This document shows, in pieces, positions 38,761 to 52,559 of a stretch of DNA of 64,000 nt (position 1 is the first letter of the stretch; every line of letters begins with the position of its first letter). The DNA comes from Octopus bimaculoides (taxonomy: Eukaryota), in assembly GCF_001194135.2 (NCBI RefSeq), contig NC_068996.1, positions 7,261,831 to 7,325,830 of the forward strand, written 5' to 3'. Position numbers and translations under genes: made by a program. A model generated the notes under the pieces. That model was given only the letters and a program-made list of their open reading frames with translations, had not been told where the DNA came from and ran no database searches.

Positions 38761-39384
38761 GCATTTGTTTCATATTACTTATTTTCATAATTACTTTAAA
38801 AATCTCCATATCTGCACCTCTTTCATTTTAAATTGAATCTCTGTGAATTGAAAAAAAAACGTGTAGTGTTATCAACAGATCAATAAAATTATTAATATTG
38901 ATCCAGACCAATTTATTTGAAACCATTTTAAATGAGAGGTGGAGAACCTCATTTTAGTACCACTTTACAAGAAATGTATTACAACTACATAAGAACTTGT
39001 GAAGCAGGTATGTATATGTGTGTATATATAATAAAGTCTGACTCTTTCAAGCTTGTGAAAGTGGATATTAAACCAATGATTTCATGTGTGTGTGTGTGTG
39101 TGTGTGTATGTGCTGATGTATTTTGATAAAGGGTGTAAATATCTGCAAGGAAACTATGGAAACCTATGCTTTTCCAAATGAATTACCCTATTGATATTTG
39201 TTCTGCCTTCAGTTTACAACTCCCTGTCACTGTCGGAGCTGCAATGAACTAATAGTTGGTCAATAGGATACCTGTAGCCAACAATGCTGCTATCGTTTAC
39301 TAATTGCAATATATGCGTGATGCCATTTTAAATAATGTTATAAAATATGCATGGTGTTATCAATGTCATAAATATATCTGCTGA

Positions 39385-39418
<34 letters not shown>

Positions 39419-40494
39419 GTAGTGAAGATGGATCTGCTGTTTAATGGTTGTCTACACAATTCCATACATAGCTGGAACTTAATCCATTTTTAGAGAAGAC
39501 ATCAATCACTTTGAGAGGACACATGGCCATGTTAACTTGCTATAAATCATTAGGGAGGTGTGTGTGTGTGTGTGTGTGTTGACTTGCTTTAAATTATTGA
39601 GTAGACAATAATGAATTAGGTGTCCATTGATTGTGGAAATAAGTATATAACACATCACTATCCTTGCCTTGCTAGAAATAGAAATTTATTACATCTGAAC
39701 AGAATGAATTATATAATTTGAATTACTAAGACAGCAATATTCACATCCCATTATTTTTATGCATTTTTCTTTTATGCCTATCTTTTTTTTTTTTTTAAAT
39801 CTTTTTTCATTCCTGGAAAAAGAAAAATTGTTGGATTCTCCCCCCCCCCTCTCTTTTTTCCTTAGACTTCCTTTTTTCTTATTTTCCTTTTCTGCATTTC
39901 CCTTTGTTTCTCCTTTTCTTTTCGTACTCCCTTCTCTTTCCTCATTCTTTCATCTCTCTCTTTCTCTCTCAATCTGAATTATCACTTGCCAATTGTCATT
40001 TTTTTCCTCCTGTCTTTTTTTTTTCTTTGGTTTTTCTTTTGTCTCTTGTCTTTCTTCAAATGTTTTTATTTCTTCTCTTTTTGTTCCAACTTTTATCTTT
40101 TACAGTTTTTTTTCCTTCTAGTTATTTATTTCTTTTGTGTGTGTGTGTATATGTGCATACATTATCTATCTCAATCTAAGGTTTGCTGTTTTTCTTCTAA
40201 AATTCCAGTATTGATTACATATATATATATATATACATGTTGCTTATGTATATTATGTGTGTATATATATATACACACACCTTTTTATGTGTTTCACTTA
40301 CTAGACTACAGCCATAATGGGACACCACCTTGAAAAATTTTAGCTGAACAAATCAACCCCAGTATAAAATATTTCAAATTTTGGCACATAGTTTTATTTA
40401 GATTGTTGTGGCTGCCATTTCAGGCATGTCAAACATCTATGCATATATTCCTTGCTGACTCCTTGTGTGTGCATGTGCATGTGTGCGTGCATGC

Positions 40495-40537
<43 letters not shown>

Positions 40538-40772
40538 GTACACACGCAGTTGATGTTGGCTCTAATTTTTATAGTTTCTAGCAATTGACAATAAAACTGA
40601 CAAACTTTAGCTCTTATGAATGGGATTTATTACGTTGTATTGTTGTATTAATGGCAATGGATTGGCAGAACCATTTCAATAGAGCAGAATTCTTGGTAGC
40701 ATTTATTCTGAATTCAAATCCCATTGGGGTCAATTATGCCTTTCACCTTTTCAAGGTCATTGAAGTTCCAGA

Positions 40773-40876
<104 letters not shown>

Positions 40877-41112
40877 GTATATGTATTTATATATTTGCTG
40901 GTAAGAATAGAGTTTCTTAAATGGAAAGAGAAATTAAGAAGATTGCTTTGGTCTACTGACAGAACAGCTGTCATGTTTACAGGAGATATGGGTTCAACTT
41001 TCACAGGCAGCCTTTGACTTTTCCTACTCAGAAAGGATTTCTCAACTCAATATTTACACGCTATTATTTATAGCTCTCTGTACTTTGAGATCCTTTTTCT
41101 AATATAGATAGA

Positions 41113-41720
41113 TGCAGTCATGGTTGCGTGGTAAGAAGTTTGCTTCCCAACCACATGGTTCCTGGTTCAGTTCCTCTGCTTGACACTTTAGTCAAGTGTC
41201 TTTTATTGTACCCTTGGACTGACCAAAGCCTTGTGAGTAGATTTGGAAGATGAAAACAGAAAGAAGCCAGCTGTGTGTGTGTGTGTGTTTGTTTCTGTGT
41301 CTGTGTTTGTTCCCCACCACCGCTTAACAATTGGTTGTGGGTTTGGCAAAAGAGACCAATAGAATAAATACCTGGCTTAAGAAGTAAGTACCGGGATTAA
41401 TTCATTTAATTAAAATTCTTCAAGGTGATACTCCAGCATGACTGTTGTCTGATGACTGAAATAAGTAAGGCAGCGAGCTGGCAGAAATGTTAGCACACTG
41501 GGCGAAAAGTTTAGCAGTATGTCATCTGCCGTTACATTCTGAGTTCAAATTCCACCGAGGTTGACTTTGCCTTTCATCCTTTCGGGGTCGATAAATTAAG
41601 TACCAGTTACGCACTGGAGGGTCGATGTAATCGACTTAATCCCTTTGTCTGTCCTTGTTTGTTCTCTCTATGTTTAGCCCCTTGTGGGCAATAAAAAAAA
41701 ATGAAATAAGTAAAAGATAA
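41113..41720 (+). mobile_element. SINE family B with a family C1 copy (41467-41705) nested in its tail
   Basis: TSD TGAAATAAGTAA at 41457-41468 and 41702-41713. Confidence 0.85.
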
Positions 41721-42559
41721 GACGAGAGGTGTTAAGTGCACTTTGATCAAATGTTCTATTCTCACCTGGAGACCAATTTATACGTTGTGAATGGATTTGG
41801 CACATGAAAACTGAAAGAGGCCCATTGAGTCTGTATATTTGTGTTTTGTCTTGTTGGCTTGACATAGTGTAGTAATTGTAAATGAGCATCCCTGTCCAAC
41901 AAGTGGTGTCCTTTGTTTCTAATCTTCTACAAAAATATTTCTAAACATGGACAAATATTACATTGTTGGAAACAGGTGAAGATTGGTAAAAGGAGGAGCA
42001 TTCAGCTGTAGAAAATGTGATTCAACAAATTCTGTTTCACCTAAGCAAGCATGGAAAAGTGGACATTAAAATGACTATGATGATGCTGATGTGTGTGTGT
42101 GTGTGAAGTCATTCTTGAATGCTGCTGGTAAAATGTAACCTACAACAAACTGTTGTCTGGTCAGTCCATTGGCAACTAAATCTGCACCTATAGCCATACT
42201 TTTCCATGTTGACATAGGATGGATGTATGGATGGATAGATGGAATTTGTTGAAGTAGATTTTTCTACAGCCTGGTGTTGTTTCTGTTGTTAATCCTTGCC
42301 TGTTTCCAAGTAAGGTAATATTTCTCCATGACCAAATTGGAAATGAAAAACACCATTTACTTGCATGACTGTGATGCTTGTATACAACTATCATGCGGTG
42401 TTGTGTATGTGGTTTGTACCTATAATTCAAGTATCCAGCTATGTCACATTGTGTCACACTGATTCAGCGTGAAAAATTGCATAAAGAGCACAGAGTAGCA
42501 TGTCGACTATTTTGTTACTTAAATATTAGATTTCCCAGTAACAAATCATTCATTTAGTT

Positions 42560-42900
42560 CACTGGTTCTCAACTGGGGTCCATATAGGCACAGAGGGTCC
42601 ATGTAAGATTTTTTTTTGGGGTCTCACAACAAAATAGTAAATTGAGGATCCACAATAATATTTTTTAGACTCCTGAAAAAAATGTTGCTTTTGATGTATG
42701 TATTGGTATTTATTGCAAGAAACAGCTGGGTTTCTTTTTCTGACATTTTAAATAGTTTAAACTGCACAAGTTAATGTGTAATAAAACAAAATAAGTATTT
42801 GAAAGTTTCTATAAAATTAGTTTTTAAACATCAAATGGCTATGGGGGTCCACCAGGATAAAATAGTAATCCATAGATATTTTCATGGTTGAGAACCCCTG
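42560..42900. mobile_element. hAT (Charlie-like) MITE
   Basis: TIRs CACTGGTTCTCAAC / GTTGAGAACCCCTG (12/14); 8-bp flanks ATTTAGTT / AGTTAGCT (6/8). Confidence 0.75.
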
Positions 42901-43291
42901 AGTTAGCTGAACAACAGAATGCTCCTCATCAAAATCAATAGAGATCCCAATATTTTTGCTTGATAAACAATTCTCATCATTGTCATCACTTGCATCTATC
43001 TTCTTTGTTTTGTTTTTATATGCTGACATAGATGACAAGAGTGCATCTCCTTGCATTTCACCACTCGTTCTGTGTTCAAATCCTTCCGAAATTAACTTTG
43101 CCTTTCATCTCTCCAGGGTTGATACAATGAAATACCAGTGCCAGTCTGGTACAGAGATTGCACACACTGCGACAGAGATCTTGAATTTAAAGTGTCTTGT
43201 GTAGAATGTAGGATGTACCTTGCAGCTCTAGCTTTTGAACGGTGTGTGTATTTCCAAGCCAGGATAATGTTTTTATCTTATTATTATTACT

Positions 43292-43510
43292 AAGGCAGCG
43301 AGCTGGCAGAATCGTTAGCATGCTGGGCAGAATGCTTAGTGGCATTTCGTCCATTTTCACATTTTGAATTTCAAATTCGATTAAGGTTGACTTTGCTTTT
43401 CATCCTTTTGGCATTGAAGGTATAAATACCAGTTGAACAGTGGGGTTGATTTAATTGACTTACCTCTCCCGCCCCAAAATTGCTGGCCTTGTATCAAAAT
43501 TTGAAACTAT
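43292..43510 (+). mobile_element. SINE family C2
   Basis: AGGCAGCGAGCTGGCAG head; tail ATTGCTGGCCTTGTATCAAAATTTGAAAC; (TTA)n on both sides. Confidence 0.8.
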
Positions 43511-43527
43511 TAATTCTTTTGTCATCA

Positions 43528-43574
<47 letters not shown>

Positions 43575-44652
43575 ATAACTAGTGCTCTATTTATTATTCT
43601 TGGCTTTTAGTTTCATGCTTCACATCCTAATAATTACAATTTCACAATTCTTGAACTTTCACTGATTTTCTTTTTCCTTTTTTCTTCCTTTTTATTTCTT
43701 TTTTATTTTATTTAAAAAATTTTTTTTTTGTGTGTGTTTGAGCAGTGGTTTTGCTCAGAAGGGGATTAGGATGTCTATTAGAGTGCAAACATTTTCGCTT
43801 CAGTCCTTGATAATTATATTTGGATGTTTATTTTTTCTTTCATTTTTTTTTTTTCTCCTTGCTTTTGTTTATTTTCACATCAAAGTATCAGCACATTGCC
43901 CTATGGACATAACTGTTGATTCATTCAGGTCTGTAAATATATTTAGATTGCTAAGGACTATGCAGCCATAAATGATAAAGTCAATTTTCTCATTTCACTG
44001 GTTGCATAATCTGCACTTGGTATTAGCATAATTTTTATATTATTTTTATGGAATTATCATTGACTAGGTATCATTCCTATGTAGATAAAAATCAGGCTTG
44101 TTGTTTCTGCTTTTAGCCCAGAGCTTTGACACATCATTGGTTTCCATTTTGGTTTACTTCATTGCTATCAAGGTTTTTAAGCTATTGGCCATGGAGTGGT
44201 TTTTGTTTTCTTTTTCTCCATTTTTTTTTCTTTAGGATATTTTAGCATTCTGTTTTGATTATCCTTTTCTTTTTTTTTATTCAACCTTGCCTATTGTTTT
44301 GTCCTTATCAAAATCCTTTTCTGTAGTGTAGTTAGTTTCCAGTTCTTTATTGTTTTCTTACATACATGTATATATATTGTATGTTTTTCTACTCATAAGG
44401 CTTTCTTAGCCCTGTGCTGTAGTAGCAGACACTTGCCCAAAGTGCCGTGCAGTGGCCTTGAACCCTGAACCTTATGGTTAGGAAGTGAACTTCTTACTAC
44501 ACAGCTGCACCTTTGCCTATAAGAGTGTGTGTGTGTGTGTATGCATATATATTTATATATGTGTGTGTATGTAGGTATAGATATCTATCTACACATACAC
44601 ACATACATATATATATCATCATCATCATCGTTTAACGTCCGCNNNNNNNNNN

Positions 44653-44712
<60 letters not shown>

Positions 44713-45382
44713 GGAGAGGAATGTTTTTATCTTTTTCATTTTCGTTTCCTTATTGCACACTTGAGGTTATCTCTGCTTGTAAATATTTTTCTTGTCCCAT
44801 GGTTGTTACAAAGTAACATGTTCAAACTACAGTGCTTGGGAAAATGACTTCTACAATAGCCCTGGGTTGTCTACAGCCTTGTGATTGAATTTGATATGTG
44901 GAAACTAAAAGAAACCTTGCATGTGTGTGCTTGTCTGTGTGAATGCAATTGTGTGTGCGTATATATGAGTGTATGTGCTTCTTTTGTTTTGTTCTCTTTA
45001 TCTTGTCGTCACCTGCTGATCGTAAACAAAATACAAGTGGTGTTGTTTGTTTGTAATCTTTATTGGAAACATGTTTAGGCAAGTTGAAATATTAGTTTAC
45101 TTGGAAAGGAGTGCAGCTGGTAACTGATGGAGCATCCAGCCATAAGATAATCTATCTTACTGAATTCCATCTGATGTATGCAAACATAGTAAAAAAAAAG
45201 GTGTTATAATAATGATGGTGTTGATGATAGTTTTCGCTTTGTAGTAGTTTTCTATTTCTCCTCCCTATGAATGGGGTAGGTATATTCTATATATATATAT
45301 ATCAACTTTTGAGATGGTGACTCCAGAACTCTGTTAGAAGTTTCCTGTTTTCCCATCTATCCCTCTTTTCTAACCTCTATAC

Positions 45383-45557
45383 CTGTGAGGGTTGTGGCAT
45401 CAGTCCTCAAACACCCACTCCATAAGGTTCTATCAGAATCAAATGACTTTACTCTTTCTGGTTGGATTCCCAAGCATGACCAACCTAGGTTATAGATATT
45501 ATCCAACCATCGCATTTTGAGGCTTTCCCTAGGTTTCCAGTCAGTTGGTTTGGCTTG
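45383..45557 (-). mobile_element. RTE-clade (Expander/Rex3-like) LINE C-terminal fragment
   Basis: QAKPTDWKPRESLKMRWLDNIYNLGWSCLGIQPERVKSFDSDRTLW resembles the RW.D....L.W..LGI.PE......DR..W pattern. Confidence 0.6.
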
Positions 45558-46467
45558 AAGTTTGCCTCAGTAAATTCTGTCCTACCCATGCAAGCATGGA
45601 AAAGCGGACATTAAATTATATATGTATGTGTTTGTGCTTAAATGTGAGTGCCTTTTTGTTTGTCTCTACACCGCTTGAAAACCGATGTTCCTTTGTTTAC
45701 ATCCTTGTAACTTAGTAATTTGGAAAAAGAGACTGATAGAATATGTACCAGACTTAAAAATAGATACTGGGGGCCAATTTATTCAACTGAACCCTTCGAG
45801 GAAATGCTCCAGCATGGCTGCAGTCCAATGACTGAAACAAGTAAACAAGTAAAAAAATGCATTAGATAAAGACATTCACTATATCAGAATTTTCAGTTCA
45901 GTCATAATGGATAACGTCTTGTACAAGATCAGTGGAAACTGTGTGGAAGCCCATCATATATATTTGTGTGTGTGTGTGTGTACTTGTTTGTGTTTGGCTC
46001 TCATTCATGGCAAGCAATGTTGGTTTATTTACATTCCTGTAACTTAGTTGCAATAAGAGACTGAGGAATGAGATTAAATACCAAATTTAAAGTAACAATA
46101 TACTGCTATATTTTTGATCATCCAAATCCTTCAAGGTGGTGGTCCAATATGGCTTCAGTCCAGTATCTGAAATAAGTAAAAGAACTGTGCATGTCTGTGT
46201 ATTATGTGTGCGCATGCTTGCATGGACACACACACACACGTGTATGTATGTATATATATATATATATGGTGGTTGTCTACTCCTTAAACAGAGTTTGACC
46301 ACCTCCTGCACCTACACCTTAGCCCTTTCATGGCGTCTGATGTGGCTTTTTAAACCAGACAGTGTTTTGTAAAAACACCCACACAGATTGCACCTCTGAT
46401 ATGCACTACCAATACCTGCAAATAAGTTCTGCTCATTGTGGATCCTAACATGTCTTTTAAGACCCCC

Positions 46468-46523
<56 letters not shown>

Positions 46524-46614
46524 ATATGTATATGTGTGTGTGTGTTTATGTGTGTGTGTGTATATGTATATGTGTGTGTGTTTATATGTATATGTGTGTG
46601 TGTGTGTGTTTATA

Positions 46615-46652
<38 letters not shown>

Positions 46653-47435
46653 GTATACATGTATGTATATACATATATGTGTATATATGTATATACATAT
46701 ATGTGTATATATGCATATATATATATATATATATATATATGACAGCAAGATGTGATTTGGCTGCTCTTTCTAGCAGATCGAAAAATCATGTAACTTCCCA
46801 TTCCCTCATTGATTGCTTCCTTTTTACTTTATGGCAGTTCTTGCAGCTAAACTACATAAATAAATTACCAAACTGTTGTTGTTGTTCTACATTCCTTTGG
46901 TGGTCTGTCTACACTATTGCTATAGAAACCATAGAAGTGAAGATTCTGACACCTGGTCAACCAATTATTTTTTTCGTATACAATGTCCATGTCGTGGTTT
47001 GATGCTTTGGGTGAGGAAGTGTGATGGGTGTGGAGGCGGGGGGGGGTCATGGCTAGGGTGAGTGCAATCAAGTGCTGTGCATAATTCAAAGCTTGTCACA
47101 AATAAAGGAAGCCTTTCAATTTCTAGGTTAAATTAGAAACAAAACCCTTCACTAGTGACATCGTTACTGCTGCTTGTGCCACTGCTGCTGCTGTTGCTCG
47201 CTGATGCTTTTGATGATGCTGATACTGGTGGTGATGTTGATGAAGCTTACAACCAGCGTTAAGTACTGTGGTTACATTGAATAAGACTGGCTGTACTGTT
47301 TCTTTCTTTGGCATATCTTCTCTCACTTTCCCTTCACACACACACACACATGTGTGTGTGTTTATTAGTTCTGTTTTGTAATAGTTTCATTCACTAGAAT
47401 TATATAGCACACAGGAATAATAATAATAATAGTAA

Positions 47436-47826
47436 TAAAGGTGGAGGCACAATGGCCCAGTGGTTAGGGCAGCGGACTCGTGGTCATAGGATCGCGGTTT
47501 CAATTTCCAGACCGAGTGTTGTGTGTGTTTATTGAGCGAAAACACCTAAAGCTCCACGAGGCTCCGGCAGAGGATGGTGGTGAACCCTGCTGTACTCTTT
47601 CGCCACAACTTTCTCTCACTCTTACTTCCTGTTTCTGTTGTGCTTGTATTTCAAAAGGTCAGCTTTGTCACACTGTGTCACGCTGAATATCCCCGAGAAT
47701 TACATTAAAGGTACACGTGTCTGTGGAGTGCTCAGCAACTTGCACGTTAATTTGACGAGCAGGCTGTTCCGTTGATCGGATCAACTGGAACCCTCGACGT
47801 CGTAAGCGATGGAGTGCCAACAACAA
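47436..47826 (+). mobile_element. SINE family D (tRNA-Arg-like head), full length
   Basis: A-box TGGCCCAGTGG, GACTCG loop, B-box GTTTCAATTTCC; (AAT)n flanks; CAACAA tail. Confidence 0.75.
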
Positions 47827-47846
47827 AAATAATAATAATAATGATA

Positions 47847-48058
47847 ATTAGCTCTCAACTACCAGCATGGTTGAAAAAGATTGGTGCAAGTGTGAAGGTA
47901 GGACACCTACAAAAATGAGCATTGCTTAGAACTGCAAGAATTCTTCACAGTGTTCTTGAAGCGTGACCAGGAAACAAGTGCCACCTTAGTCTGCTGGCTG
48001 TGGGCAGCTGGCACTTTCCATCATACCCAACAAAATAAGCTGTGAGTTTTCATCACAT
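47847..48058 (+). mobile_element. 3' end of a second R4/Dong-type family
   Basis: 47847-47966 reads ISSQLPAWLKKIGASVKVGHLQK*ALLRTARILHSVLEA*; (AAT)n on both sides; 3' UTR differs from the 7850 copy. Confidence 0.7.
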
Positions 48059-48074
48059 AATAATAGTAATAATA

Positions 48075-48904
48075 ATCTTTTCTACTAAAGGCACAAGGCC
48101 TGAAATTTTATGGGCATAGAGTCTAGTTGATTAAATCAACCCCAGTGTTTCACTGGTAATTAATTTATCAACTCCAAAAGGATGAAAGGCAAAATCGACC
48201 TTGGTGGAATTTGAACTTGGAACATAAGGATGGACAAAATGCTGCTAAGCAGTGTGCTAACTATTCTGCAAGTCTGCCACCTTCCATGTCAGCTCATCAA
48301 TCCTTTCTACTATAGACACAAGCCTGAAATTTGACAGGAAGGAGTTAATCAATTACATCAACCCCAGTACTTGACTGGGCCTTATTTCATTGACCCTGAA
48401 AGGATTAAAGGCAAAGTCAACCAGAATTTGAACTCAGAATGTAAGGTCAGAAGAAATACTGCTAAGCATTTTGGTCCAGTGCAGTAACAATTCTGCCAAC
48501 TTCCCACCTTTCACAGTTTTATATCTTGGTACAAGGCCAGCAGTTTTTGAGGGGAGGGGATATTTGATTATAGTGTCCCATGTACTTGAATGGTACTTAC
48601 TTTATTAACCCCTGAAAGAATGAAACGTAGAGTCGCTCTTGGAATTTGAACTCAGAATGTAATGATGGACAAAATGCTTAGTAGCATTTTGTCTGGCATA
48701 CTTTTACTCTCTTTTACTCTTTTACTTGTTTCAGTCATTTGACTGTGGCCATGCTGGAGCACCGCCTTCAGTCGGGCAAATTGAACCCAGGATGTATTCT
48801 TTGTAAGCCTAGTACTTATTCTATCGGTCTCTTGTGCCAAACCGCTAAGTGACTGGGACGTAAACACACCACCATCGGTTGTCAAGCGATGTTGGGGGAC
48901 AAAC
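48075..48904 (-). mobile_element. Three tandem C2 SINEs, the last interrupted by a B 3' half (48698-48904)
   Basis: Repeated GATGAAAGGCAAA...GAATTTGAACTC motifs. Confidence 0.75.
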
Positions 48905-50055
48905 NNNNNNNNNNNNNNNNNNNNNNNNNNNNNNNNNNNNNNNNNNNNNNNNNNNNNNNNNNNNNNNNNNNNNNNNNNNNNNNNNNNNNNNNNNNNNNNN
49001 NNNNCTACTACTACTACTACTACTACTACCACTAATAATAATAATAATAATAATGATAATAATAAGAAGAAGAAGAATGTTTGATCTAACTACTGTTAAA
49101 TGACGTCTCTGGAGGAACATTAACAGATGTTATTGTCAGGAATGTGCTGCATGTGAATCCAAAGGTACAGTCTTCAGTGATTTGATAAAACTAATAATAA
49201 TGATAAATGAGTAATGTTAGACATAACTACTGTTAAATGAAGACCCTGGAGGGGAATTAACAGATGTTATTGTCAGGAACATGGTACAAATGAAGAAAGA
49301 TTCGGTTGTTAGGGATGTGACGGTATTACTGATTATAAATATGCAGGAGTTAAAAACTGATTATTGATTTTTCTCAGAAGGCGACAAATTTCTTTGAAAA
49401 GGATATAACAATATATAAACAGACAAAGCAGAGAAAATATTTATGGTCGAGGTTTGGTAACAAAGGCTAAAATTGGCAGCAGTGTGTTAAAGACTTGTGG
49501 TTCTTACAGCCAATACTACAAAGAAACCAGAATAATTTCTGATTTAGATGCAAGACAAACAATTTAATTGGAGGGGTTTAGTAGAACACATCAATCTCTG
49601 TACCAGACTGGCACTGGTATTTCATTGTATCAACCCTGGAGAGATGAAAGGCAAAGTTAATTTCGGAAGGATTTGAACATAGATTGTAATATGCTGCATC
49701 AAATACAAGGCATTTTGTTGTCCAAAACTTTTAATGATTCTGCTGAACCACCAGCCAGAAATTGACAGAAGTGCATTAAAGACTCTTTAAAACATCCAGA
49801 TTACTCTGACAAATGTTATGCTTTATTTATTCATTTGTTTTAAATCAATCCTGCATTAACTCTTAGCTTCAAGATTTCGATGATGTGATTATTTAGCTTT
49901 AGAATGACATTGCAGGGTAGTGTGAGAGGCTGGATCTAGTTGCTTTGAATATAAAACAGAATATTTAGGTTTGATATGGCTGGTTTAAATGCTAAAGGGA
50001 TGGATAAAGACCCTTTGTAGTTCTTTATAACTGATTTTTACAAAACAACAGCAAA

Positions 50056-50093
<38 letters not shown>

Positions 50094-51011
50094 GATAATA
50101 ATAATGATAATAATAATGATAATAATAATGATAATAATAATAATAATAATAATAATAATATGTATAAATACTGTGTAAACAATAAAAGCATACAGATAAA
50201 ACAGCTATTACATGATTCAGTGGATGAGTTAGGAAATAGTTTCTATGTGTTTATTATATCAATGGAGTTTCTTTTTATTATTTATATAAGTTCATTGAAA
50301 ACTTAACAGATGTTTTTTTATTTTGTTTTGTCTTTTTAGCAAGTTTGTTTTATTAGGAATAACTTTTTTTAAGAAATTGCATGTTTGTGTAATTTCTTGT
50401 GAATGATGATTGCATTGTGAAATTGCATGAATATCTGCGAGTATAAGGATATTTGATTCCTATTATAGTTGTGAAATAAATCTATTGAGCCAACAGAAAT
50501 TTGGATACAATACTCAGATAAAAATTACAGTAAGATGTGTGTGTGTGTGTGTGTGTGTGTGTGTTGTGCATATAATTATTCACATTTTTATTATGTGCTC
50601 TTTGCCATTTGAGTTTTTTTTATTTCTTTCTTTTCTTATTGATGTATCTTGTTTTCCATTACGCTTTTCAATGTATATTATATTTTATATAAAAATCATG
50701 TAACTGTGCACACAATATCACTGAGCAGATAAACAATTAACCAATCTTATCTTTCCTGCTTTCCTGGCCTAGCATGTCTTGAAACGGTTATGAGCATTAC
50801 TCGATAACATCCAATAATAAAACTTCTACGCAGATAATTCTGGAAGTAGAAATTGGATCAATATATCAATAGATAGATCAATGGATCAATAAATATCTGC
50901 AATCCTGCAATTGCCTTATCACTGTTTCTCTTATTTTTAGAAGTGAAGTGCTATTTTACCAAAATATTGATTCCTTTTATCTACCTACCATACCAATGGT
51001 GTATGTGTGTG

Positions 51012-51061
<50 letters not shown>

Positions 51062-51223
51062 GAATTGAATTGGACCTGAGTATATTACTGGCATGGCTTC
51101 CCACCCACATAGTTCTGGGTTCAGTGCCTTTGTGTATCACCATGTGCAAATGTCTTCTACTATAGCCTTGGGCTGGCCAGAGCCTTGTGAGTATATTTGG
51201 TAGACAGAAACTGAAAGAAGCCC

Positions 51224-51279
<56 letters not shown>

Positions 51280-51500
51280 AAAAGTATGAGGAGTTTAGTT
51301 CATTGATGATCTAAACCAATAGGTACGCTACATAAGTGCTATAACTGGTCATCCATCAGGTTCCAAGTTCACAGCTCAGACTGGAGCTAGGCATCTGTGG
51401 TAGGCTTCTGGATCATACACTGAGATGTGGTGTGTATGCAGGGAGGTTCCAGACAAGGAATTTACAGTAGATAGAAGAATAAAGATAGAATAAATTTCAC

Positions 51501-51559
51501 GAATCATCTTGTTCCGGAGGGTATGGAGGTTTGTCCTTATTTCTGTGAAGGTATACGTC
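51501..51559 (-). CDS. Candidate exon (phase 0 to 2, or terminal at TGA 51499-51497)
   Basis: TTTACTTAAG|GAC; DVYLHRNKDKPPYPPEQDDS; in phase with the 52431 donor; donor TC|GTGAAA is weak. Confidence 0.4.
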
Positions 51560-51644
51560 CTTAAGTAAATCCAAGCAGTATTTTGAGTTGTGCATTCAGA
51601 TTGAAGGAATAGATCTTGCAGTTAGCATTCTGGCCTTCATGCCA

Positions 51645-52032
51645 GTTGCACGTTAAATCACCCACTACACTCTCGGAGTGGTTGGCGTTACGAAGGGCAT
51701 CCAGCTGTAGAAACTCTGCTAGATCAGATTGGAGCCTGATGCAGCCTTCTGGCTCGCCAGTTCCCAGTCAAGCCATCCAACCCATACCAGCATGGAAAGC
51801 GGACGTTAAATGATGACGATGATGATGATATATCTGTTGTGTCTGTGTTTGTCTCCCACCACCACTTGACAACTGATGCTGGTATGTTTATGTGGCTGAA
51901 ACTTATTCTTTTGGTCTCTTTTGCCAAACCACTAAGTACTAGTTCTGGGGTTTTTTGTTCCACTAAAACCCTTCAAGGCTGTGCCCCAGCATGGCTGCTG
52001 TCTAATGACTGAAACCTGTAAAAGTTAAAAGA
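51645..52032 (+). mobile_element. SINE A tail followed by a SINE B 3' half
   Basis: Family motifs. Confidence 0.75.
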
Positions 52033-52430
52033 ATATAGAAATGTCACTAAACTCTAATAGATTTTAGTCTGATGCTCTTAGTGTTTCTGTCAACTCTCAT
52101 AGATTAGAAAGTTGCCATGTGGTGTCCCAAGTTGTTAGAAGATTGCCGCCAGGTAAAATCAGGACATTCTGCAACTGTGATCACGCATTTTGACTACAAC
52201 TTATATTTACTAATTTTACCTGTGAATGTTTTTGATCTTGGTTGAACAGTAAGATTTACCTTGATTTACATTGGATCAAAGAGGCACATTGGCAAAATGC
52301 TAAATAATAAAGGTAAATAACAATAACACTATATAGCAACAAAAGAACAATCGGAAAAGACCGCGAAAATAGGGTAGGTTACAACCACAAGCAATATCAG
52401 AGTACCTTGACACACACAATTCTCTCTTAC

Positions 52431-52559
52431 CATGACACATCGAAGGGAAGTGCCTTCTTCAAATTCTTGGTACCAGCCTTTGGCTGGCCGTGTTGTTATG
52501 GAAGACACATTTAGAGCCATGCCAATCTCACCACTCTCATCTGCCTTTTGTAAAATGTA
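52431..52559 (-). CDS. Candidate internal coding exon (129 nt)
   Basis: CTGCTCTCCAG|TAC...ATG|GTAAGA; YILQKADESGEIGMALNVSSITTRPAKGWYQEFEEGTSLRCVM; unique, GC-elevated sequence. Confidence 0.55.

Noticed and set aside
13208-39017. Scattered plus-strand exon candidates (13208 LDSGTGKID..., 27867 EPNSMIS..., 38968 TTLQEMYY...)
   Set aside because: Short frames expected by chance; no consistent phase chain found, though a plus-strand gene is not excluded.
42817-43056. 79-aa minus ORF (D/N-rich)
   Set aside because: Bounded by a SINE fragment and a hAT MITE; no donor; partly a decayed GAT repeat.
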